Shown: in pieces, positions 10,089-20,992 of the stretch
How the letters are laid out: every line of letters begins with the position of its first letter
Position numbering within the stretch: the first letter of the stretch is position 1
Assembly (NCBI GenBank): GCA_944390285.1
Contig: CALXPN010000003.1
Coordinates: 114,285 to 178,284, forward strand
From: an uncultured Clostridia bacterium
Lineage (GTDB): Bacteria > Bacillota > Clostridia > TANB77 > CAG-508
DNA length: 64,000 nt
Reading direction: 5' to 3'
Program-made: the position numbers and the translations under genes
The notes under the pieces: model-generated
The model's input: the letters and a program-made list of their open reading frames with translations, nothing else
Told to the model about the DNA's origin: nothing
Database searches by the model: none

Positions 10089-12872
10089 TTATTTTAAAGT
10101 TCCTCTAAGAGTTTGTATATTTGCAAGATCTTGTTTTAATGCAATTTTTTGTGTATTTATTTCTGCTTCTGTTTTAGCACCTTCTACTTCTTTTCTACTA
10201 ATTTGTTCATCTGCTTCTTTTATATATTTATTATATTGACCTTGTAAATCTGCAAGTTGTCTATCAACAATTTTTTTAGCATCTTTTTCAGTTGCTTTTG
10301 TTGCTTCATCTAAAAGATCTTGATATTGTCTCCTTAAATCTTCTACAGCTCTTTCTAAAGCTAAATCTTGAACTTTAGCTTTTGCAGCTTCTACTTGATT
10401 TAGTTCTGCAATTAATGCTTCTTTTTCACGCTCACTAAGTGTATCATCAGATAAATCTTTTTGAATTTTATTCATTTCTTTTTCACAATCTTTATAAAAT
10501 TCTTCTATATCTCTATCATTTCTTGAATCAACAAATTCTTTTGCTGTATCATCATCTGGAGCAATAAATTTCTCTTCTTTTCCATCCATATTTGATGTAA
10601 TATTTTTTGATTCTTGTAAAAATTCTTGAGATGTTTTTCTGCCTCCAGTTTCTATTCCTCCACCTGCTGGTATATAAGATTTTAATACATCTCCAACAAA
10701 AGTATCTGCTGATGTTCCTAGTTCTCCTGCATTTTTTATTGCACTATAAATTCCTTTTGACTGTGTAAAATCTGCAAGTTTTGTTGTTGAATTTTTAAGT
10801 CCATCTGTCATCTGATGTTCTTTAATACCATTGGCTACCAATGCATTATTTACTAAGCTTGAAATGCTTGCTGAAGGATTTTGAGCTGCAGTTTTTTCTA
10901 TAGTATTTTTAATTCTTGTTTTAACTTTTCCATCAACACCTGCCTGTTCTAATGCTTTTTCTAATTCCTTCATTATTTTATCTAATTCATCTTTTCCTTC
11001 ATATTTGTCTGCATTTGCTATTATTTCATTTAATTTTGATGCGGCTTCTGCTTTACTTGAAGCTCCTAAACTATCTAGTCTTGAAGTAACATCTGTTCTT
11101 AAAGTCTTTCCTGTACTTTTCAAGAATTCTGTTGTTCCTCTAAAAGTTGCAACACCTGTCATAAAAGATTCCATGCCTTTTCCACTCGCACCATAATATC
11201 CTGCACCTATAGCAAGTCCTGCTCCTATTCCAGCTGTTGTTTTTGCTATATTTCCAAGTTCTCTTAATGTTTCTGATTGCTGTGCTGCTTTTCTTACTGT
11301 ATTTACAGCACCTCTTGCCTTTGAAATTGTTTTATGTTTTTTGTTAAACTCTTCACTTCTATTCTTTTTTCTTTTTTCCTTTGCAATAGCAAGTCTTGCT
11401 TGTGCACGAGCCTCATTTTGGTTCATTCCTGCTTCTTGAAGTGCTTTTGCTCTTTCATTTATTTCCTTCTCAACTTCAGTATTTTTATGTGATACACCAT
11501 ATTTTTTGTTTTCAACTTTTTCTGCTTTTTTATCTAATATCTCTGTTCTAACATCAGATTTAACATCAGAAAAAGATTGTTTCTCCCCTGTATCTTTGTT
11601 TACATTATTTCCTCTCAACATTCTGCCTAATGCAATAGCTTCAACTCTAGCATTAGTAAGAGTACCCCCTGCTGTTCCACCAAAGTTTTTTAAACCATTT
11701 ACAGCTTTTCTAGTACTTTTACCTATATTTTTTGCTTTTGATGCAGCAATTGTCGCAACAGCCATACCAGCACCTAAAGATGTATCTTTATTATCATCAG
11801 CAAAAGCAAATATCTTTCTTACTAGATCTTCTGCTGTTCTTATAAATTTAACACATAATATTGCAATAATAGAACATGCTATCGCTTCTGTTCCTGACGC
11901 ATCTGTTAATAATTCTAATGCAACATTTATAAATGCCATATAAATAATACAATGAAATGGTTGAATTAAAATTGTAAAAATATATTCTTTAAGCCATGTA
12001 TTTAGTGCTTGTGCTTTTCCATCACCCATTTTATCTATTGAATATGTTAAAGTTATAAGTGGAGATATAATTGTTAAAAATGCAAGTTTTAACATACGAT
12101 TAAAATATGATACAAACAAACCAAATGTTTGGAACACAAGCATACAATATACAATTGTTGCAGCTATTGACTCTACAGCTACAATTTTTAGTCCAATTGC
12201 AGCTATTGCATCAATACTTTTACTCATATCTGTACTTGTAGCTGCACTTGCAACTTCTATTGCTCCTACAAGGGCATCATTTACATATATTGCAAATAAC
12301 ATTATATATTGCATAACAAAAATTATTGCTAAACTAACAACCCAGTCTACCATCATTTTTTTGTAAGATGCCTTTTGTTCTGCTGATACTGTAGATAATG
12401 CCATTCTTATTCCTACATATATTAAAATTACTAATAATATTGCAGATGCAATAGTTCTCATTGCATAATACCATAATGATATTGCAGTTCTAAATTTATA
12501 TAAAATAGAATCTTCACTTAATCCATCTAGATCAAAGAAATTTATATTTATAAGTTTTATTTTATTAAACAAAACATCATAAGGTGTCAAGCTTGTATGT
12601 GAGCCTTCATCAGATGCTGTTCCATCTTCAGCTCCTTCTATGTATGCAACACCTGCCATCAGAGTATTTACTGCAAAAGCAATTCCTATTGCTACTAATC
12701 TTATTGGTAATGTTAATAATCCAACAACAGAACCTAAAATACCTGTTATAAAATCTCCAGTAGAAGCATATGATACAGGTATAAAAGGATTTGAAGCACT
12801 TCCTATAAAGAAATTATTTAATACCAAAACTATTAGTATACAAATTAACAATTTTTTAAAAATTTTTTTCAA
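10089..12872 (-). CDS. VirB6/TcpH/Orf15-like polytopic membrane protein, paralog 2 (927 aa)
   Basis: Same conserved blocks (LYKFRTAISLWYYAMRTIASAILLVILIYVGIRMA; TYSIDKMGDGKAQALNTWLKEYIFTILIQPFHCIIY); divergent coiled-coil tail. Confidence 0.6.
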   Translation of the reverse strand: MKKIFKKLLICILIVLVLNNFFIGSASNPFIPVSYASTGDFITGILGSVVGLLTLPIRLVAIGIAFAVNTLMAGVAYIEGAEDGTASDEGSHTSLTPYDVLFNKIKLININFFDLDGLSEDSILYKFRTAISLWYYAMRTIASAILLVILIYVGIRMALSTVSAEQKASYKKMMVDWVVSLAIIFVMQYIMLFAIYVNDALVGAIEVASAATSTDMSKSIDAIAAIGLKIVAVESIAATIVYCMLVFQTFGLFVSYFNRMLKLAFLTIISPLITLTYSIDKMGDGKAQALNTWLKEYIFTILIQPFHCIIYMAFINVALELLTDASGTEAIACSIIAILCVKFIRTAEDLVRKIFAFADDNKDTSLGAGMAVATIAASKAKNIGKSTRKAVNGLKNFGGTAGGTLTNARVEAIALGRMLRGNNVNKDTGEKQSFSDVKSDVRTEILDKKAEKVENKKYGVSHKNTEVEKEINERAKALQEAGMNQNEARAQARLAIAKEKRKKNRSEEFNKKHKTISKARGAVNTVRKAAQQSETLRELGNIAKTTAGIGAGLAIGAGYYGASGKGMESFMTGVATFRGTTEFLKSTGKTLRTDVTSRLDSLGASSKAEAASKLNEIIANADKYEGKDELDKIMKELEKALEQAGVDGKVKTRIKNTIEKTAAQNPSASISSLVNNALVANGIKEHQMTDGLKNSTTKLADFTQSKGIYSAIKNAGELGTSADTFVGDVLKSYIPAGGGIETGGRKTSQEFLQESKNITSNMDGKEEKFIAPDDDTAKEFVDSRNDRDIEEFYKDCEKEMNKIQKDLSDDTLSEREKEALIAELNQVEAAKAKVQDLALERAVEDLRRQYQDLLDEATKATEKDAKKIVDRQLADLQGQYNKYIKEADEQISRKEVEGAKTEAEINTQKIALKQDLANIQTLRGTLK

Positions 12873-12887
12873 GCTCTCACCTTCTTT

Positions 12888-15800
12888 CTATCTATATTTT
12901 GCAAACATTTTTCTAGTGTCATTTAAATCTACAATAGGTCCAAACTCTGAAACTGCTCTTTTGCTTTTTTCCATTTTTAACTTTTTTGCATCAAGTCCTT
13001 TTTCTATTTCTTCTATTTTCTTTCTTTCCTCAATTTGCTCTTTAGTATATTTTTTTGTATTTGTAGCATAATTCTTATCTTTATATATAGCTTCATTATC
13101 TCTTGCATATTTTTTTACTAAAAGTTCATCATTATAGTAATCTATAATTGCTTCAGATTTTGCTTTTTTAGCTTTTGTAAATGGATATGCACCTTTACTT
13201 AATTCTATTTCTTCTGTTGCTACATTATTTAACTCTTCTAATTCTTTTCTCAAAAATAATACTTCTAATACTCTATCTGATTCTTCTGATGTTATTTCCA
13301 TAACATTTCCTTTAGTATCAGTAATATATCCACCTTTATCTTTTATATTTTCTACTTGATTTATTAAATTTTCTGCTGGATCATCAAAATCTGTATCAAA
13401 AGACATTTCAAATATTTGATCTAGTTTTCTCTTTCTTCTCTTAGTTTTATTTCCAACTTCATGTTTTGCTTTTTTCTTTTTAGCATAAGCACTATCATGT
13501 GTAACAGTTTTTGCAATTTCCATTCCAGATAAATATTTACTAATTTTGTCTGAAAATTCTTTTTGTTTTTCTTTTGTTAATGGTTTTATCTTTCTTGTTG
13601 ATTGCATTTGTTTATTTGTTTGAAATAATGAAATAATTTCTTTTGTATCTAATTGAGTATAATCAGTTACTTTCTTTTGCTCTTTTAAAGTTGCTACTGC
13701 ATCTTGTATTAATTTTTGATCAGTTTGTTTAATTCCATCTAAAGCTTGTTGTGCAACTTCTATTTTAGCATTTGCAATTTCTCCTTTTTTCTTTAAAGCT
13801 TTTGTTATTCCATCTTTTCCTGCTTTAAATACTACTTCTGCATCTTGATTTTTTTCTATAATTCCTGCCACAGCCAATCTAGAAGACAATTCTTTCATTG
13901 CATCATTTATTGTAGATTTACTTTCTAAATCTAATTTTTTTCCATTTGACATCTCTACTAAAATATTATCAATTTCTTTATCTATATATTTTCTATCTGT
14001 TTCTGTCAAACCTTTAGATTCTATAGCATCTTCAATTATTTCATCTTCAACAACATTGTTCTTCATTTTCGCATCTAATGCATTTTCAAATTCTTCTTTT
14101 ATTTTAAACTCATTTGAAGTATTTCCTTTTTTAGTTAAATTTCCTGTTGTAGGATCATATTTATATCCTAATGCATCATATAAATCTGTTTTATACTTAT
14201 CTTCACTTTCGGATACTTCTTGATTTTCTTGCTCCATCAAGAATTCCATTCTTGCTTGTGCTTCTGCTTTCATAACATGTAAAGTATCTATCTTAAATTG
14301 TTTTTCTTGCTCTTTTTGTTGTTTTTTATAATGATCGTTTAAATCTTCTAAACCTTGACCAATATTAGTATTTCTAATAAATTTTTTAGTTGACATTCCT
14401 GCACCTAGCATAGCTGCTGGTACAATTAATGAACCTGTACCTATTGCAGCTGCAAGAGTTCCTGCTGTTACTGCATTTAATTTTAATTTGCTATATAACT
14501 TAGGATGATTTTGTTTTAATCTATTTATCATATAAAGGTCACTTTCTTTTCTTGCTTTTTCAATTGCAATATCACTCATATTTTTTATTGCAGGTATTCC
14601 AAATCTAGAAAATGTGTATTTACCTTTATATCTATTTATAGTAGTAGGTCTTCCAAGTCCTTTATTAGTTAAATGTACTCCTGAAGCAAGTAACGCCATA
14701 CCTACTTTTGGATTTGCTACAATTGTACCCATACCTAGAAGCATACTTCCCATACCTGTAATAGTACCTGCTGCAATTCCAAATTGTTTTTTTAGCAATG
14801 CCTTATCTTCTTTAGTTAATCCAAATAAGTTTGTAGGTCGAAATTGATTATAAAAGCCATTTCCATCATTTACTTTTTTACCTGTTATATTATCTCTATA
14901 TGTAGTTCCAAAAACTCCTCTTTTTAATGACTTCAAATTTTGACCAAAACTTAAGTTTTTATTTAATACAAAATTATTTTCTACATCTAATAATCTTTCT
15001 AGATGCCCTTTAGCAATATCAAGATTTGTTGGAGTAGTTAAAGCTAAATATCTTGCCATATCTGCTTTTGCCATTTCATAATTTGTTGTTGCTTTTTTCT
15101 CTTCTTCTGGTGTTTTAGCCTTTTCTAAAGCAGTCTTAGCATCTTCTACATTTTTTTCTAATGTTTTTTTACCTGTCTGTAATAACTCTTTATCACTCTT
15201 ACCTGATATTGAACCAGCAGTTAATTTTTGTGCTTTTTTATCTGATGAATTTTTACTACCATTTTCATTTTTTTTACTTTTTTTAGTATTATTATTCTCT
15301 TCTGATGTTTCTGTATCTTCACTACTATCTGTTTGTTCTCTTTCTTCATCACTTGAAGCTGTTTCAGTATTTCTATTAGTTCTATTTCTTATTGCAGAAG
15401 CACCTTTTTTTATAGCTAATCCTCCTATAAAAGGTGCTGCAACAGCTGCTTTAGCTATTCCTTTAACTCCTGTTGCATATGGTGTATTTGTTAAAGTGCT
15501 TGCTGCCGCTTTTCCACCTATCATTATGCTTTGAGCAGTATCTTTAAATGCCTCCATTGCATTATTTGTATCGTCTACTAAACCACCTGTTGATAATCTA
15601 AATATTTTTCTAAATAATGCGTCAGCTTTTAAAGTATAATTCATTAATATTAATGCAACAATTATACCTGGTATTGATTCTAATGATAATACTAATGCTT
15701 GTGAAATAAATATAGCATAAATTAATGCATGCGCTGTTTGTATAATTACATTTAAAACAAATTCTGAAAGCCAGTTTTTAAAAGCTTCTTGTTTTCCTGT

Positions 15801-17000
15801 TAAAACTTTTTGCATTGCATAACCCACACCTACACCAGGTGCCATTATTGTTAGTACTACAATAGTAAAAAATCTCTTTAAATATACTAAAGTATATCTA
15901 AATGCAAAATAAACTAATGTCATATACATTATCATACCTGATAATCCATTTACTAATTTTGCATCATAAGCTCTTGTTCTAACTGCTTCATAAACTTTTA
16001 ATTCTATTTCAGAATTAGAATACTGTGTGCCTTCTTGACTATCATCATGAGCAAGTTGCATCATTTGTACCTCTGTTATTGAATGAGCAGTATCTTCTAT
16101 TACAGATACTAATTCTTCATTAACATAAAAAACAAACAACATTATATAATGCATTGAAAATAATATTATCATTCCAATAAGCCAATCCATTAGCATATTT
16201 TTATATACAGCTTTATCTGATGCTATTGTTGATGTTGCCATTTTTATACCAACTACAATTAAAACTACAAGCATTGCTGCTATTGCAAGTGTTCTTAAAA
16301 TATAATACCACATTGCAACTGTTTTTTTAATTTGTGTTATTATTGGTTCTGAAGCATCTGGATCTTCATATCTTGCTAAAGCTTCTTTATAAGCTTTACA
16401 ACCATCACAATTTCCGCCACATTCTGCACAACAAGATGCTCCATCTTCACCACAACATTCTTCAACACTTTTTTTACTTCCATCTTCATTTGTACATTTA
16501 CTACATTTCAATACTTGTCCAGTTCCTGAATATTTCAATTCTTCTTTACCTGGTTCTAATTCAAATATATTAGCATTTAATGCAGGTACATGATTATATA
16601 CAATTGCTTCTATTGTAACATTATTTGCTGAATCAGTTATTGCTGTTAAATCTGTATTACTTTCTATTATCTCTCCACTATTGCTCACACCTGCTACACT
16701 TTCTAATCCCCAGGTTAAAAGTTTTTCAAGTAATGCTGTCCAACCAACAAATACCATTCTAAATCCCATTGTAATTATACCTAATAACCAGTCTGCTATT
16801 TCACCAATTTTTGATAATAACCATTCAAATATACCTTCAGAAACTGTATATTGTCCTTTCTGAGTTCCAGCATAATAAAACTCTCCTTCCTCCAAATCCA
16901 ATTTTGCATAAGAAGAAGGCATAGCACAAAATGTTAATAATAAAGATATTGTTATTATTATTAAAATAATTTTTTCACAAAATTTTTTTAATTGTGCCAT
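12888..17000 (-). CDS. VirB6/TcpH/Orf15-like polytopic membrane protein, paralog 3 (1370 aa), with Cys-rich loop and very long tail
   Basis: Conserved blocks WYYILRTLAIAAMLVVLIVVGIKMA and GYAMQKVLTGKQEAFKNWLSEFVLNVIIQTAHALIY; Cys cluster KCSKCTNEDG...CCGEDGASCCAECGGNCDGC; ~800-aa KE-rich tail. Confidence 0.6.
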   Translation of the reverse strand: MAQLKKFCEKIILIIITISLLLTFCAMPSSYAKLDLEEGEFYYAGTQKGQYTVSEGIFEWLLSKIGEIADWLLGIITMGFRMVFVGWTALLEKLLTWGLESVAGVSNSGEIIESNTDLTAITDSANNVTIEAIVYNHVPALNANIFELEPGKEELKYSGTGQVLKCSKCTNEDGSKKSVEECCGEDGASCCAECGGNCDGCKAYKEALARYEDPDASEPIITQIKKTVAMWYYILRTLAIAAMLVVLIVVGIKMATSTIASDKAVYKNMLMDWLIGMIILFSMHYIMLFVFYVNEELVSVIEDTAHSITEVQMMQLAHDDSQEGTQYSNSEIELKVYEAVRTRAYDAKLVNGLSGMIMYMTLVYFAFRYTLVYLKRFFTIVVLTIMAPGVGVGYAMQKVLTGKQEAFKNWLSEFVLNVIIQTAHALIYAIFISQALVLSLESIPGIIVALILMNYTLKADALFRKIFRLSTGGLVDDTNNAMEAFKDTAQSIMIGGKAAASTLTNTPYATGVKGIAKAAVAAPFIGGLAIKKGASAIRNRTNRNTETASSDEEREQTDSSEDTETSEENNNTKKSKKNENGSKNSSDKKAQKLTAGSISGKSDKELLQTGKKTLEKNVEDAKTALEKAKTPEEEKKATTNYEMAKADMARYLALTTPTNLDIAKGHLERLLDVENNFVLNKNLSFGQNLKSLKRGVFGTTYRDNITGKKVNDGNGFYNQFRPTNLFGLTKEDKALLKKQFGIAAGTITGMGSMLLGMGTIVANPKVGMALLASGVHLTNKGLGRPTTINRYKGKYTFSRFGIPAIKNMSDIAIEKARKESDLYMINRLKQNHPKLYSKLKLNAVTAGTLAAAIGTGSLIVPAAMLGAGMSTKKFIRNTNIGQGLEDLNDHYKKQQKEQEKQFKIDTLHVMKAEAQARMEFLMEQENQEVSESEDKYKTDLYDALGYKYDPTTGNLTKKGNTSNEFKIKEEFENALDAKMKNNVVEDEIIEDAIESKGLTETDRKYIDKEIDNILVEMSNGKKLDLESKSTINDAMKELSSRLAVAGIIEKNQDAEVVFKAGKDGITKALKKKGEIANAKIEVAQQALDGIKQTDQKLIQDAVATLKEQKKVTDYTQLDTKEIISLFQTNKQMQSTRKIKPLTKEKQKEFSDKISKYLSGMEIAKTVTHDSAYAKKKKAKHEVGNKTKRRKRKLDQIFEMSFDTDFDDPAENLINQVENIKDKGGYITDTKGNVMEITSEESDRVLEVLFLRKELEELNNVATEEIELSKGAYPFTKAKKAKSEAIIDYYNDELLVKKYARDNEAIYKDKNYATNTKKYTKEQIEERKKIEEIEKGLDAKKLKMEKSKRAVSEFGPIVDLNDTRKMFAKYR

Positions 17001-17012
17001 CTTTTTTCCTTT

Positions 17013-18542
17013 CTAATATTGAAATTCTATTTCTGTATCATCATATTTCAATATTCCATTTTCAAATCCCTTTAATTCATAATCTTCTGTACCTGTTAAT
17101 ATTCTTCTTACAGTTCCTGTTTCTAAATTGTACACATACATTCCTTTTCCTTTTTTAGAATACAAGAAATTATTATTGTCTAGCCATAAATAAGAGTTTA
17201 TTGTATCTGATAATTCTCTATTTGGAGTATTATCAAATTTTGATATAAATTTCATTTCATAGATCAATCCATTATTATCAAGTTCTGGATATATATCATA
17301 ATTTGAATTTTCTCCTATTGAATCTTTTTTTTCTTGATCTAAAGTTTCTTTATATTCATTACATAATTTAAGTAAATTCTGATTTTTACTAACTCTTCTT
17401 TTTTCAGCTTCAAAAACTGAATCTATTTGGAGTCTTGCAACAAAATCAGTATTATCAAAATAATTTTCGACTCTTGATAGATTTGTTTTTATATTATTAT
17501 ATATATATATACCATTTAAATCATCACCATAATTTAGCTTTATTTCTACACCTTTCAACGGATAAGCTATAAATACTGATTCAGAGTCATAAGTATATTC
17601 ACTATAATCTAGCCATAGGTATGTAAGTTCATTCATAAATTCTAAAAAGTCTAATTCTTCATTTAAATATCTATCAGCTAAATCAAAAAAATCATCTGTA
17701 TCTGCTGTAGTTACTCTATATATTGAAATTTCTGTTTCTGTGAAAAACACGTATATATTTTCGCCTTTATAACCTAAGATTCCCAAATCTTCATCTTTAA
17801 AAGTAGGTTCTCCCATTAAATCTTCTACATTTTCAAGTTGCATTCCAGGATATGTATTATTTACAACATTTCCTTGATATTTATTTGTGAATATTACATT
17901 ATAAATCATATTATCAATTGTTCTAACCTCTAAACCTTCGTCAAAATATATATAATACTCATCAAAAATACTATCTCTTTCACCAAAATATACACCTGTA
18001 TTCCATGAATTATTAATACAATTTTGTAAAACCTCTGATTGAACTGTAATTTCTGTTTTTGAGATTTCTTTATATTCTCTCATACTAATTTGAGAATCCA
18101 TATATATAAAATAATCTTCTATTCCATTTATAATTATTGAATCTATTTTTCCATTTTTACAAATAACTTCTACTGTAATGTCATTTTTTTCATCTATCAT
18201 TCTAAAGTTTTTGTAATATAATACTTTTGCTGAATCTTCTAATAGTTCATTATAATATTCTTCATTACTTGTATTATCATCTTCATATGGTTTAACTTTA
18301 AATTCTAGATAAACATCTAAACTATAATTATTATCATTACTTTCTTCTTCGGAAATATATTTTGAGCCATGATATTCTATTACTTGTTTTATTGTAGTTA
18401 AATTATCATAAATAAGTTCTGGAGTTTGATTGCTTTCTAAAAAATTTTTAAATAAAAGCAATGATACTAATACTATAAATATTATAGCAATCAAAACTAT
18501 TACAATTTTTTTATTTATTTCAATATTTTGCTTTTCTTTCAT
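17013..18542 (-). CDS. exported protein (N-terminal TM/signal, 509 aa), paralog of 18559..19728
   Basis: N-terminal hydrophobic helix. Shared blocks with the next ORF, e.g. YHGSKYISEEESN vs YNTKYISEENN, and NVIFTNKYQGN...LGYKGENIYVFF vs NIIFSDEYDGN...LGYKEADYYLFF. Confidence 0.5.
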   Translation of the reverse strand: MKEKQNIEINKKIVIVLIAIIFIVLVSLLLFKNFLESNQTPELIYDNLTTIKQVIEYHGSKYISEEESNDNNYSLDVYLEFKVKPYEDDNTSNEEYYNELLEDSAKVLYYKNFRMIDEKNDITVEVICKNGKIDSIIINGIEDYFIYMDSQISMREYKEISKTEITVQSEVLQNCINNSWNTGVYFGERDSIFDEYYIYFDEGLEVRTIDNMIYNVIFTNKYQGNVVNNTYPGMQLENVEDLMGEPTFKDEDLGILGYKGENIYVFFTETEISIYRVTTADTDDFFDLADRYLNEELDFLEFMNELTYLWLDYSEYTYDSESVFIAYPLKGVEIKLNYGDDLNGIYIYNNIKTNLSRVENYFDNTDFVARLQIDSVFEAEKRRVSKNQNLLKLCNEYKETLDQEKKDSIGENSNYDIYPELDNNGLIYEMKFISKFDNTPNRELSDTINSYLWLDNNNFLYSKKGKGMYVYNLETGTVRRILTGTEDYELKGFENGILKYDDTEIEFQY

Positions 18543-18558
18543 TATGAACTCCTAAAAC

Positions 18559-19728
18559 TTATTCATTATTTAATGTATTAAAATTTAATGTTCCTTCTCT
18601 TCTTTGTTTTTCTGTTTTATCTATTAAATCTTCATTATATTTGAAAGTAATTAATCCATCTTTTACATATTTTCTTGTAACATCTGTAAAATAATAATTT
18701 GAATAAAGAGTAATTCCTTCTGGATTATTATTTTTAATATTTATTTCTATTCCTCTATTTGAATATAAAATATATGCATCTTGTGTTTCTGGATTATATT
18801 CATAATAATCATAAGCCTTCCAAGCTTTAACTAGTTTATTTACAAACTCTTCTAAATTTTTATCATCTAAATATTTTTCTAAAGCTTCTTCAAAAATATC
18901 ATTATACCTATATGCATATGAATAAACTGATACTTCGTCATCATAAAAGAATAAATAATAATCTGCTTCTTTATATCCTAAATAACCATCAGATACACTT
19001 CCAAAAGAATTATCAGGATTTATATTATATACTTCATCTAAAGACATATCTGCTCTAAGTTTTGTAGTTATATTTCCATCATACTCATCTGAAAAAATAA
19101 TATTTCTAACAGCACCTGTTGGTACATTTCTTATTTTTATAATTCCATCAAAATATGACGTATATCCATTTTCTAATGGTGTTCCATCACCTAGTTCATC
19201 TTCTATTTCTGAAAAATACATGCTTCTCATAAGTAATGTTTCTAAATATGAATTATCTATTCTTATTTCTGAATCCTCTACAATTCTACTAGTATCTACT
19301 TTTGTATATGATTCTCCATTAACTGTTTCATAAAAATCTTCCTTATTATTTATTTTTATAATATATTTTTCAGAAGTAGTATCATATTGTACATCAATAT
19401 TTATATCTTTTTCCTCATCAATTAAACTAAAACTTTCTTTTTTATAAAATGGTTTTAAATCATCTATAATATCAGTAAAATATTTTTCATTACTTTCACC
19501 ATTTTCATTAAATAAATCTTTGTTAAAAACTACATATATTATATTGTTTTCTTCACTTATATATTTTGTATTATAGCTCTCTAAGACTTCTTCAACAGTT
19601 TTTGGCTCTGCTATAATTTCTGCCTCAACAGAATTATTATCATTTTCTTTTAATTTTATTAATATATAAGTTGATATGCATAATATTATTAAAAGTAAAA
19701 TAAAAACAATAGGTATAATTTTCTTCAT
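18559..19728 (-). CDS. exported protein (389 aa), paralog of 17013..18542
   Basis: See previous entry; N-terminal TM IIPIVFILLLIILCISTYILI. Confidence 0.5.
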   Translation of the reverse strand: MKKIIPIVFILLLIILCISTYILIKLKENDNNSVEAEIIAEPKTVEEVLESYNTKYISEENNIIYVVFNKDLFNENGESNEKYFTDIIDDLKPFYKKESFSLIDEEKDINIDVQYDTTSEKYIIKINNKEDFYETVNGESYTKVDTSRIVEDSEIRIDNSYLETLLMRSMYFSEIEDELGDGTPLENGYTSYFDGIIKIRNVPTGAVRNIIFSDEYDGNITTKLRADMSLDEVYNINPDNSFGSVSDGYLGYKEADYYLFFYDDEVSVYSYAYRYNDIFEEALEKYLDDKNLEEFVNKLVKAWKAYDYYEYNPETQDAYILYSNRGIEINIKNNNPEGITLYSNYYFTDVTRKYVKDGLITFKYNEDLIDKTEKQRREGTLNFNTLNNE

Positions 19729-19731
19729 TTA

Positions 19732-20979
19732 TTATCCTTTCTTAAAGAAGTGAACATCTCTAAGTCCTTTTAAAGACGCTAAGTCTTTCATATTAAATAC
19801 TACTTTTACCATTCTTTCAACTGCTCCCATTGACATTAAAAATGCAATTGCAACAATAGGCGAATTACTTGCAATATTATTTGCTGTTAATACAAATACC
19901 ATATAAATCAATGCATGGAGTGGTTGAATTAATACATTCATAGTAAATTCCTGCATCCAATTTGAAAATGCTTGTGCTCTACCATCTCCTGCTTTATCTA
20001 TAGAATAAGTAATTGTTATTAATGGAGCAATAGCTATTAAAAATCCTACCATTAGAAATCTTTTTAAATATGTCCATAAAAATTTCATTTCCATAAATAA
20101 TAAGCACCAATACATAATTGACCAAAATGTCAAAGTCAATCCAGATAAACTAAATGTATAATTCAATGTTTGAGTACGAACATTATCTTCAAAAATTGTA
20201 ACTTCTCCACCATTAGTTTGAGCAGTAGCTTCAAGTATTTTTTGCTCTAAGTTATAAAATGTTTCTGTTAATTTCTCCCCAAATATTATAATAAAACTTA
20301 TAATATAAAGCATTAAAAACATTATTACAAAGCTTTCTACCCAAGCTATTAACATCTTTTTATATCTAGCTTGTTCAGATGCAACTGTAGATAAGCCCAT
20401 TCTAATGCCAATATAAATTAATACTAATAATCCTATTGCCATTGCTATAAATCTACAAACATAATAAACATTAGCTATAGATTTTTTAACTGCGGAATTA
20501 CTTTTATTGGCTTCTATTTCTAAATCACCAACTTTATAAGTTCCTTCTCCATCATCATATGTATTAAAATAATTGATATTAAATAATGCTACCCTATTAA
20601 ATACTGTCCTTTCAATTGTAAACCAATATTTTAGCTCTCCATTTTCTGTAGTATATGTTAGTTGTGACATTAATAAGTCCAGTTGAACAATAATTACATT
20701 AACAATTCTTGCTAAAATTCCAGTTATTACACCAATTATCGCTGTACCATAGCTTGAAGAAGTTGTTTGAACTTTTTGAGAACTGCCCTGTGTTTGAGAT
20801 GTAGTACCTTCTTCAAGAATTTCAGCAGATGCTGTATTTGATGGTGCAGCATTTTCTTCAGTATAAACTTCTTGACTTGTAGATTTTTCTCCATCTGGAT
20901 CACTAGCATAAGAATTGTTACATAATATGAAATTAAACAATAATAGTATAACTAATAGTATACTTACAAGTTTTTTCAT
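19732..20979 (-). CDS. VirB6/TcpH-like polytopic membrane protein, paralog 4 (415 aa, no extended tail)
   Basis: Conserved blocks VYYVCRFIAMAIGLLVLIYIGIRMG and TYSIDKAGDGRAQAFSNWMQEFTMNVLIQPLHALIY. Confidence 0.6.
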   Translation of the reverse strand: MKKLVSILLVILLLFNFILCNNSYASDPDGEKSTSQEVYTEENAAPSNTASAEILEEGTTSQTQGSSQKVQTTSSSYGTAIIGVITGILARIVNVIIVQLDLLMSQLTYTTENGELKYWFTIERTVFNRVALFNINYFNTYDDGEGTYKVGDLEIEANKSNSAVKKSIANVYYVCRFIAMAIGLLVLIYIGIRMGLSTVASEQARYKKMLIAWVESFVIMFLMLYIISFIIIFGEKLTETFYNLEQKILEATAQTNGGEVTIFEDNVRTQTLNYTFSLSGLTLTFWSIMYWCLLFMEMKFLWTYLKRFLMVGFLIAIAPLITITYSIDKAGDGRAQAFSNWMQEFTMNVLIQPLHALIYMVFVLTANNIASNSPIVAIAFLMSMGAVERMVKVVFNMKDLASLKGLRDVHFFKKG

Positions 20980-20992
20980 ATATTTTCCTCTT

